From Auanema rhodensis (taxonomy: Eukaryota; Animalia; Nematoda), in NCBI GenBank assembly GCA_964057225.1, contig OZ059894.1, positions 434,001 through 498,000 of the forward strand: a DNA stretch of 64,000 nt, given 5' to 3'. Position 1 is the stretch's first letter, and every line of letters begins with the position of its first letter. The notes beneath the pieces are model-generated. The model worked only from the letters and a program-made list of their open reading frames with translations. It searched no databases and had not been told where the DNA came from. The position numbers were made by a program, and so were the translations under genes. Positions 1-10,284 of the stretch are shown here, one piece after another.

Positions 1-3000
1 TTTCACGTGAAGCGAGTTACATACCAAGTGCACATCACGTGTACATTTAATTAGCATAAATTAAAGTTCACGTAAATTTCAAAGTCATGGTTACCATGCA
101 CTAATATCAATAAAATATTGTTTTTAGACTAATATGGACATGGGGAATCTAATTTTGAAAACCGCATCTCTTTATCTTTCACGTGAAGCGAGTTACATAC
201 CAAGTGCACATCACGTGTACATTTAATTAGCATAAATTAAAGTTCACGTAATTTTCAAAGACATGGTTACCATGAACCAATATCAATAAAAAATTGTTTT
301 TAGACTAATATGGACATGGGGAATCTAATTTTGAAAACCGCATCTCTTCATCTTTCACGTGAAGCGAGTTACATACCAAGTGCACATCACGTGTACATTT
401 AATTAGCATAAATTAAAGTTCACGTAAATTTCAAAGTCATGGTTACCATGAACCAATATCAATAAAAATTTGTTTTTAGACTAATATGGACATGGGGAAT
501 CTGATTTTGGAAACCGCATCTCTTTATCTTTCACGTGAAGCGAGTTACATACCAAGTGCACATCACGTGTACATTTAATTAGCATAAATTAAAGTTCACG
601 TAAATTTCAAAGTCATGGTTACCATGAACCAATATCAATAAAAATTTGTTTTTAGACTAATATGGACATGGGGAATCTAGTTTTGAAAACCGCATCTCTT
701 TATCTTTCACGTGAAGCGAGTTACATACCAATTGCACATCACGTGTACATTTAATTAGCATAAATTAAAGTTCACGTAAATTTCAAAGTCATGGTTACCA
801 TGAACCAATATCAATAAAAATTTGTTTTTAGACTAATATGGACATGGGGAATCTAATTTTGAAAACCGCATCTCTTTATCTTTCACGTGAAGCGAGTTAC
901 ATACCAAGTGCACATCAAGTGTACATTTAATTAGCATAAATTGAAGTTCACGTAAATTTCAAAGTCATGGTTACCATGCAACAATATCAATAAAAATTTG
1001 TTTTTAGACTAATATGGACATGGGGAATCTAATTTTGAAAACCGCATCTCTTTATCTTTCACGTGAAGCGAGTTACATACCAAGTGCACATCACGTGTAC
1101 ATTTAATTAGCATAAATTAAAGTTCACGTAATTTTCAAAGACATGGTTACCATGAACCAATATCAATAAAAATTTGTTTTTAGACTAATATGGACATGGG
1201 GAATCTAATTTTGGAAACCGCATCTTTTTATCTTTCACGTGAAGCGAGTTACATACCAAGTGCACATCATGTGTACATTTAATTAGCATAAATTAAAGTT
1301 CACGTAAATTTCAAAGTCATGGTTACCATGAACCAATATCAATAAAAAATTTTTTTAGACTAATATGGACATGGGGAATCTAATTTTGAAAACCGCATCT
1401 CTTCATCTTTCACGTGAAGCGAGTTACATACCAAGTGCACATCACGTGTACATTTAATTAGCATAAATGAAAGTTCACGTAAATTTCAAAGTCATGGTTA
1501 CCATGAACCAATATCAATAAAAATTTGTTTTTAGACTAATATGGACATGGGGAATCTGATTTTGAAAACCGCATCTCTTTATCTTTCACGTGAAGCGAGT
1601 TACATACCAAGTGCACATCACGTGTACATTTAATTAGCATAAATTAAAGTTCACGTAAATTTCAAAGTCATGGTTACCATGAACCAATATCAATAAAAAT
1701 TTGTTTTTAGACTAATATGGACATGAGGAATCTAGTTTTGAAAACCGCATCTCTTTATCTTTCACGTGAAGCGAGTTACATACCAATTGCACATCACGTG
1801 TACATTTAATTAGCATAAATTAAAGTTCACGTAAATTTCAAAGTCATGGTTACCATTAACCAATATCAATAAAAATTTGTTTTTAGACTAATATGGACAT
1901 GGGGAATCTAATTTTGAAAACCGCATCTCTTTATCTTTCACGTGAAGCGAGTTACATACCAAGTGCACATCACGTGTACATTTAATTAGCATAAATTGAA
2001 GTTCACGTAAATTTCAAAGTCATGGTTACCATGCAACAATATCAATAAAAATTTGTTTTTAGACTAATATGGACATGGGGAATCTAATTTTGAAAACCGC
2101 ATCTCTTTATCTTTCACGTGAAGCGAGTTACATACCAAGTGCACATCACGTGTACATTTAATTAGCATAAATTAAAGTTCACGTAATTTTCAAAGACATG
2201 GTTACCATGAACCAATATCAATAAAAATTTGTTTTTAGACTAATATGGACATGGGGAATCTAATTTTGAAAACCGCATCTTTTTATCTTTCACGTGAAGC
2301 GAGTTACATACCAAGTGCACATCATGTGTACATTTAATTAGCATAAATTAAAGTTCACGTAAATTTCAAAGTCATGGTTACCATGAACCAATATCAATAA
2401 AAATTTTTTTTAGACTAATATGGACATGGGGAATCTAATTTTGAAAACCGCATCTCTTTATCTTTCACGTGAAGCGAGTTACATACCAAGTGCACATCAC
2501 GTGTACATTTAATTAGCATAAATTAAAGTTCACGTAATTTTCAAAGTCATGGTTACCATGCACCAATATCAATAAAAATTTGTTTTTAGACTAATATGGA
2601 CATGGGGAATCTAATTTTGAAAACCGCATCTCTGTATCTTTCACGTGAAGCGAGTTACATACCAAGTGCACATCACGTGTACATTTAATTAGCATAAATT
2701 AAAGTTCACGTAATTTTCAAAGACATGGTTACCATGAACCAATATCAATAAAAATTTGTTTTTAGACTAATATGGACATGGGGGATCTAATTTTGAAAAC
2801 CGCATCTCTTCATCTTTCACGTGAAGCGAGTTACATACCAAGTGCACATCACGTGTACATTTAATTAGCATAAATTAAAGTTCACGTAAATTTCAAAGTC
2901 ATGGTTACCATGAACCAATATCAATAAAAATTTGTTTTTAGACTAATATGGACATGGGGAATCTAGTTTTGAAAACCGCATCTCTTTATCTTTCACGTGA

Positions 3001-6000
3001 AGCGAGTTACATACCAAGTGCACATCACGTGTACATTTAATTAGCATAAATTAAAGTTCACGTAATTTTCAAAGTCATGGTTACCATGAACCAATATCAA
3101 TAAAAATTTGTTTTTAGACTAACATGGACATGGGGAATCTGATTTTGAAAACCGCATCTCTTTATCTTTCACGTGAAGCGAGTTACATACCAAGTGCACA
3201 TCACGTGTACATTTAATTAGCATAAATTAAAGTTCACGTAAATTTCAAAGTCATGGTTACCATGAACCATTATCAATAAAAATTTGTTTTTAGACTAATA
3301 TGGACATGGGGAATCTAGTTTTGAAAACCGCATCTCTTTATCTTTCACGTGAAGCGAGTTACATACCAAGTGCACATCACGTGTACATTTAATTAGCATA
3401 AATTAAAGTTCACGTAAATTTCAAAGTCATGGTTACCATGCACCAATATCAATAAAAATTTGTTTTTAGACTAATATGGACATGGGGAATCTAATTTTGA
3501 AAACCGCATCTCTTTATCTTTCACGTGAAGCGAGTTACATACCAAGTGCACATCACGTGTACATTTAATTAGCATAAATTAAAGTTCACGTAAATTTCAA
3601 AGTCATGGTTACCATGCACCAATATCAATAAAAATTTGTTTTTAGACTAATATGGACATGGGGAATCTAATTTTGAAAACCGCATCTCTTTATCTTTCAC
3701 GTGAAGCGAGTTACATACCAAGTGCACATCACGTGTACATTTAATTAGCATAAATTAAAGTTCACGTAATTTTCAAAGACATGGTTACCATGAACCAATA
3801 TCAATAAAAATTTGTTTTTAGACTAATATGGATATGGGGAATCTAATTTTGAAAACCGCATCTCTTTATCTTTCACGTGAAGCGAGTTACATACCAAGTG
3901 CACATCACGTGTACATTTAATTAGCATAAATTAAAGTTCACGTAATTTTCAAAGACATGGTTACCATGAACCAATATCAATAAAAATTTGTTTTTAGACT
4001 AATATGGACATGGGGAATCTAATTTTGAAAACCGCATCTCTTTATCTTTCACGTGAAGCGAGTTACATACCAAGTGCACATCACGTGTACATTTAATTAG
4101 CATAAATTAAAGTTCACGTAAATTTCAAAGTCATGGTTACCATGAACCAATATCAATAAAAATTTGTTTTTAGACTAATATGGACATGGGGAATCTAGTT
4201 TTGAAAACCGCATCTCTTTATCTTTCACGTGAAGCGAGTTACATACCAAGTGCACATCACGTGTACATTTAATTAGCATAAATTAAAGTTCACGTAAATT
4301 TCAAAGTCATGGTTACCATGCACCAATATAAATAAAAATTTGTATTTAGACTAATATGGACATGGGGAATCTAATTTTGAAAACCGCATCTCTTTATCTT
4401 TCACGTGAAGCGAGTTACATACCAAGCGCACATCACGTGTACATTTAATTAGCATAAATTAAAGTTCACGTAAATTTCAAAGTCATGGTTACCATGAACC
4501 AATATCAATAAAAATTTGTTTTTAGACTAATATGGACATGGGGAATCTAATTTTGAAAACCGCATCTCTTTATCTATCACGTGAAGCGAGTTACATACCA
4601 AGTGCACATCACGTGTACATTTAATTAGCATAAATTAAAGTTCACGTAAATTTCAAAATCATGGTTATCATGAATTAATATCAATAAAAATTTGTTTTTG
4701 GACTAATATGGACATGGGGATTCTAATTTTGAAAACCGCATCTCTTTATCTATCACGTGAAGCGAGTTACATACCAAGTGCACATCACGTGTACATTTAA
4801 TTAGCATAAATTAAAGTTCACGTAATTTTCAAAGACATGGTTACCATGAACCAATATCAATAAAAATTTGTTTTTAGACTAATATGGACATGGGGAATCT
4901 AATTTTGAAAACCGCATCTTTTTATCTTTCACGTGAAGCGAGTTACATACCAAGTGCACATCATGTGTACATTTAATTAGCATAAATTAAAGTTCACGTA
5001 AATTTCAAAGTCATGGTTACCATGAACCAATATCAATAAAAATTTTTTTTAGACTAATATGGACATGGGGAATCTAATTTTGAAAACCGCATCTCTTTAT
5101 CTTTCACGTGAAGCGAGTTACATACCAAGTGCACATCACGTGTACATTTAATTAGCATAAATTAAAGTTCACGTAATTTTCAAAGACATGGTTACCATGA
5201 ATCAATATCAATAAAAATTTGTTTTTAGACTAATATGGACATGGGGAATCTAATTTTGAAAACCGCATCTCTTTATCTTTCACGTGAAGCGAGTTACATA
5301 CCAAGTGCACATCACGTGTACATTTAATTAGCATAAATTAAAGTTCACGTAAATTTCAAAGTCATGGTTACCATGAACCAATATCAATAAAAATTTGTTT
5401 TTAGACTAATATGGACATGGGAAATCTAGTTTTGAAAACCGCATCTCTTTATCTTTCACGTGAAGCGAGTTACATACCAAGTGCACATCACGTGTACATT
5501 TAATTAGCATAAATTAAAGTTCACGTAAATTTCAAAGTCATGGTTACCATGCACCAATATAAATAAAAATTTGTATTTAGACTAATATGGACATGGGGAA
5601 TCTAATTTTGAAAACCGCATCTCTTTATCTTTCACGTGAAGCGAGTTACATACCAAGCGCACATCACGTGTACATTTAATTAGCATAAATTAAAGTTCAC
5701 GTAAATTTCAAAGTCATGGTTACCATGAACCAATATCAATAAAACTTTGTTTTTAGACTGATATGGACATGGGGAATCTAATTTTGAAAACCGCATCTCT
5801 TTATCTTTCACGTGAAGCGAGTTACATACCAAGTGCACATCACGTGTACATTTAATTAGCATAAATTAAAGTTCACGTAAATTTCAAAATCATGGTTATC
5901 ATGAATTAATATCAATAAAAATTTGTTTTTGGACTAATATGGACATGGGGATTCTAATTTTGAAAACCGCATCTCTTTATCTATCACGTGAAGCGAGTTA

Positions 6001-7078
6001 CATACCAAGTGCACATCACGTGTACATTTAATTAGCATAAATTAAAGTTCACGTAAATTTCAAAGTCATGGTTACCATGAACCAATATCAATAAAAATTT
6101 GTTTTTAGACTAATATGGACATGGGGAATCTAGTTTTGAAAACCGCATCTCTTTATCTTTCACGTGAAGCGAGTTACATACCAAGTGCACATCACGTGTA
6201 CATTTAATTAGCATAAATTAAAGTTCACGTAAATTTCAAAGTCATGGTTACCATGCACCAATATAAATAAAAATTTGTATTTAGACTAATATGGACATGG
6301 GGAATCTAATTTTGAAAACCGCATCTCTTTATCTTTCACGTGAAGCGAGTTACATACCAAGCGCACATCACGTGTACATTTAATTAGCATAAATTAAAGT
6401 TCACGTAAATTTCAAAGTCATGGTTACCATGAACCAATATCAATAAAAATTTGTTTTTAGACTAATATGGACATGGGGAATCTAATTTTGAAAACCGCAT
6501 CTCTTTATCTATCACTTGAAGCGAGTTACATACCAAGTGCACATCACGTGTACATTTAATTAGCATAAATTAAAGTTCACGTAAATTTCAAAATCATGGT
6601 TATCATGAATTAATATCAATAAAAATTTGTTTTTGGACTAATATGGACATGGGGATTCTAATTTTGAAAACCGCATCTCTTTATCTATCACGTGAAGCGA
6701 GTTACATACCAAGTGCACATCACGTGTACATTTAATTAGCATAAATTAAAGTTCACGTAATTTTCAAAGACATGGTTACCATGAACCAATATCAATAAAA
6801 ATTTGTTTTTAGACTAATATGGACATGGGGAATCTAATTTTGAAAACCGCATCTTTTTATCTTTCACTCGAAGCGAGTTACATACCAAGTGCACATCATG
6901 TGTACATTTAATTAGCATAAATTAAAGTTCACGTAAATTTCAAAGTCATGGTTACCATGAACCAATATCAATAAAAATTTGTTTTTAGACTAATATGGAC
7001 ATGGGTAATCTAATTTTGAAAACCGCATCTCTTTATCTTTCACGTGAAGCGAGTTACATACCAAGTGCACATCACGTG
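1..7078. repeat. 176-bp satellite DNA tandem array, left segment (~40 monomers)
   Basis: The monomer TTTCACGTGAAGCGAG...GCATCTCTTTATC restarts at 1, 177, 353 and so on (period 176). All copies are head-to-tail in one orientation, with only scattered substitutions and rare 1-bp deletions. Confidence 0.99.
7074..7078 (+). repeat. Target-site duplication, left copy (ACGTG; right copy at 8034-8038)
   Basis: The empty site reads ATC-ACGTG-TACATTT. The filled site reads ATC-ACGTG-[insert]-ACGTG-TACATTT. The first A could belong to the element tail, so the TSD is 4 or 5 bp. Confidence 0.8.
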
Positions 7079-7081
7079 GTA

Positions 7082-7129
7082 GTGCACATCGTATGGTCAC
7101 CACAGGTGCACATCGTATGGTCACCACAG
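7082..7129 (+). repeat. Perfect 24-bp tandem duplication at the LINE 5' junction
   Basis: GTGCACATCGTATGGTCACCACAG occurs at 7082-7105 and again at 7106-7129 (VHIVWSPQ twice in the translation). Confidence 0.97.
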
Positions 7130-7555
7130 GATAACAAAAACAAAGCTCGTATAGAAAACGTACAGAAAAAGTTTTTGCGTGCAGTTTTTTGTAGGGCAGG
7201 AATTTTTTCTAGCTACGCCGATCAGCTTACCGCTCTTCAAGCCGATGATCTATCAACCAGAAGGCTGGTAACCGATCTTTTATTTTATTTTAACCATATT
7301 AAAGCTGAGGCAGAATTTAGAATTTTTGAAATTAAACTTTTTTCTCACTCTCTACGTAGACACCAATGGAATGTTGTTTTTCCGAATCTTCGGAAAAACA
7401 CTTCAAGAAACGGCATCGAATACAGAGCTATAAAGGCATGGAATTCCTTACCTGAGAACCTAATTCAACAAACAAAAATCGGAAGCTTCAAGAAACACCT
7501 CTACAATGCCCTACGAGGCTCACAACATGATCCTTCCACATTTTTATGTAGTTAA
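7112..7555 (+). pseudogene. C-terminal fragment of LINE ORF2 (region downstream of the RT catalytic core); non-autonomous
   Basis: The translation IVWSPQ...RIENVQKKFLR...SY..QL..L...DLSTRRLVTDL...R.IKAWNSLP...SFKKHL has the motif order I recognise from CR1-type ORF2 C-termini (VWSP, IExVQ(R/K)xF, SYxxRL, LxxRR, WNxLP, FK). It is uninterrupted to TAA at 7553-7555. The endonuclease and the YADD RT core are absent. Confidence 0.85.
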
Positions 7556-8033
7556 GTTCATTTTTGGTTATAATCTCTATGTTTTGTTTTTTTTTCATAT
7601 TACTCTTCGCGTTTTTGTTTTTTTCTCTTTAAATGTTTTTCTGATTATGACTAAGTGCGACAGTTTCATTTCTTTTTTCCAACCCTTCTACACTTCTTGT
7701 TACTTCGCTTCAAATCTTATAGACATGAGTCATACGGATTGAATGCAAGTTACCTCCTACTGTTAGAACGGGCTCGGCTCGAATCATGAGTACCTCCGTA
7801 CCTAACAACTACCAACCGGAGGTCAGCAATTCGCTGAACAAAACCCCCTGTTCTCACTGGAAAAATTTGAAAGAAACTGCTCACTGCAACTCATTCTCAG
7901 ATCATTCTCTCCCTAACTATGTTTTATAATGTTTCCTATTTTTCCTGTTCCTATTGTAAGGTTCTTATACATCCGACTACACAACTATTTACTCATTTCG
8001 TTAAACCTGTAATATTGAACATTAAACCAATAA
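7556..8033 (+). other. LINE 3' UTR with a T-rich proximal part and a terminal AATAAA
   Basis: It follows the ORF2 stop. T-rich tracts span 7556-7680. AATAAA at 8029-8034 abuts the right target-site copy, and there is no poly(A) tail. Confidence 0.75.
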
Positions 8034-10284
8034 ACGTGTACATTTAATTAGCATAAATTAAAGTTCACGTAAATTTCAAAGTCATGGTTACCATGAACCA
8101 ATATCAATAAAAATTTGTTTTTAGACTAATATGGACATGGGGAATCTAATTTTGAAAACCGCATCTCTTTATCTTTCACGTGAAGCGAGTTACATACCAA
8201 GTGCACATCACGTGTACATTTAATTAGCATAAATTAAAGTTCACGTAAATTTCAAAGTCATGGTTACCATGAACCAATATCAATAAAAATTTGTTTTTAG
8301 ACTAACATGGACATGGGTAATCTAATTTTGAAAACCGCATCTCTTTATCTTTCACGTGAAGCGAGTTACATACCAAGTGCACATCACGTGTACATTTAAT
8401 TAGCATAAATTAAAGTTCACGTAAATTTCAAAGTCATGGTTACCATGAACTAATATCAATAAAAATTTGTTTTTAGACTAATATGGACATGGGGAATCTA
8501 ATTTTAAAACCGCATCTCTTTATCTTTCACGTGAAGCGAGTTACATACCAAGTGCACATCACGTGTACATTTAATTAGCATAAATTAAAGTTCACGTAAA
8601 TTTCAAAGTCATGGTTACCATGAACCAATATCAATAAAAATTTGTTTTTAGACTAATATGGACATGGGGAATCTGATTTTGAAAACCGCATCTCTTTATC
8701 TTTCACGTGAAGCGAGTTACATACCAAGTGCACATCACGTGTACATTTAATTAGCATAAATTAAAGTTCACGTAAATTTCAAAGTCATGGTTACCATGAA
8801 CCAATATCAATAAAAATTTGTTTTAAGACTAATATGGACATGGGGAATCTAATTTTGAAAACCGCATCTCTTTATCTTTCACGTGAAGCGAGTTACATAC
8901 CAAGTGCACATCACGTGTACATTTAATTAGCATAAATTAAAGTTCACGTAAATTTCAAAGTCATGGTTACCATGAACCAATATCAATAAAAATTTGTTTT
9001 TAGACTAATATGGACATGGGGAATCTAATTTTGAAAACCGCATCTCTTTATCTTTCACGTGAAGCGAGTTACATACCAAGTGCACATCACGTGTACATTT
9101 AATTAGCATAAATTAAAGTTCACGTAAATTTCAAAGTCATGGTTACCATGCACTAATATCAATAAAAATTTGTTTTTAGACTAATATGGACATGGGGAAT
9201 CTAATTTTGAAAACCGCATCTCTTTATCTTTCACGTGAAGCAAGTTACATACCAAGTGCACATCACGTGTACATTTAATTAGCATAAATTAAAGTTCACG
9301 TAAATTTCAAAGTCATGGTTACCATGAACCAATATCAATAAAAATTTGTTTTTAGACTAATATGGACATGGGGAATCTGATTTTGAAAACCGCATCTCTT
9401 TATCTTTCACGTGAAGCGAGTTACATACCAAGTGCACATCACGTGTACATTTAATTAGCATAAATTAAAGTTCACGTAAATTTCAAAATCATGGTTATCA
9501 TGAATTAATATCAATAAAAATTTGTTTTTGGACTAATATGGACATGGGGATTCTAATTTTGAAAACCGCATCTCTTTATCTTTCACGTGAAGCGAGTTAC
9601 ATACCAAGTGCACATCACGTGTACATTTAATTAGCATAAATTAAAGTTCACGTAAATTTCAAAGTAATGGTTACCATGCACCAATATCAATAAAATATTG
9701 TTTTTAGACTAATATGGACATGGGGAATCTAATTTTGAAAACCGCATCTCTTTATCTTTCACGTGAAGCGAGTTACATACCAAGTGCACATCACGTGTAC
9801 ATTTAATTAGCATAAATTAAAGTTCACGTAAATTTCAAAGTCATGGTTACCATGAACCAATATCAATAAAAATTTGTTTTTAGACTAATATGGACATGGG
9901 GAATCTGATTTTGGAAACCGCATCTCTTCATCTTTCACGTGAAGCGAGTTACATACCAAGTGCACATCACGTGTACATTTAATTAGCATAAATTAAAGTT
10001 CACGTAAATTTCAAAGTCATGGTTACCATGAACCAATATCAATAAAAATTTGTTTTTAGACTAATATGGAAATGGGGAATCTAGTTTTGAAAACCGCATC
10101 TCTTTATCTTTCACGTGAAGCGAGTTACATACCAATTGCACATCACGTGTACATTTAATTAGCATAAATTAAAGTACACGTAAATTTCAAAATCATGGTT
10201 ATCATGAATTAATATCAATAAAAATTTGTTTTTGGACTAATATGGACATGGGGATTCTAATTTTGAAAACCGCATCTCTTTATC

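Larger units (their letters stand above)
7079..8033 (+). mobile_element. 5'-truncated non-LTR retrotransposon (LINE), CR1-group-like, ~955 bp
   Basis: This is the only non-satellite sequence in the window. It encodes an ORF2-type C-terminus, followed by a ~480-bp 3' UTR ending in AATAA(A). It is flanked by a direct repeat ACGTG (7074-7078 and 8034-8038), and the satellite register is preserved across it. Confidence 0.9.

Noticed and set aside
1-176. Identity with known 176-178 bp satellites (Brassica CentBr, Arabidopsis CEN178) or primate alpha satellite
   Set aside because: Only the length is similar. The sequence does not match those consensus sequences as I recall them, and a CR1-like LINE points to an animal. 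A database search is needed to name the family.
34-176. Budding-yeast point centromere (CDEI-CDEII-CDEIII)
   Set aside because: An 8-bp CDEI match is present, but there is no >90% AT CDEII or recognisable CDEIII, and point centromeres are not tandem arrays.
1-176. 5S rDNA, tRNA, snRNA or spliced-leader tandem gene repeat
   Set aside because: I recognised no Pol III A/B/C boxes, cloverleaf or conserved RNA gene sequence, and the unit is too AT-rich.
5680-5862. 60-aa minus-strand ORF
   Set aside because: It is pure satellite sequence. The ORF is open only because a single variant (GACTGAT) removes a stop codon present in other monomers.
7506-7742. 78-aa Phe-rich ORF
   Set aside because: It is a translation of the T-rich LINE 3' UTR, and its hydrophobicity is compositional.
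7640-7910. Hammerhead, HDV or twister ribozyme in the LINE 3' UTR
   Set aside because: There is no CTGANGA core on either strand, the HDV P2/P3 pairings cannot be built, and the resemblance of CCTAACAACT to twister lacks the complementary strands.
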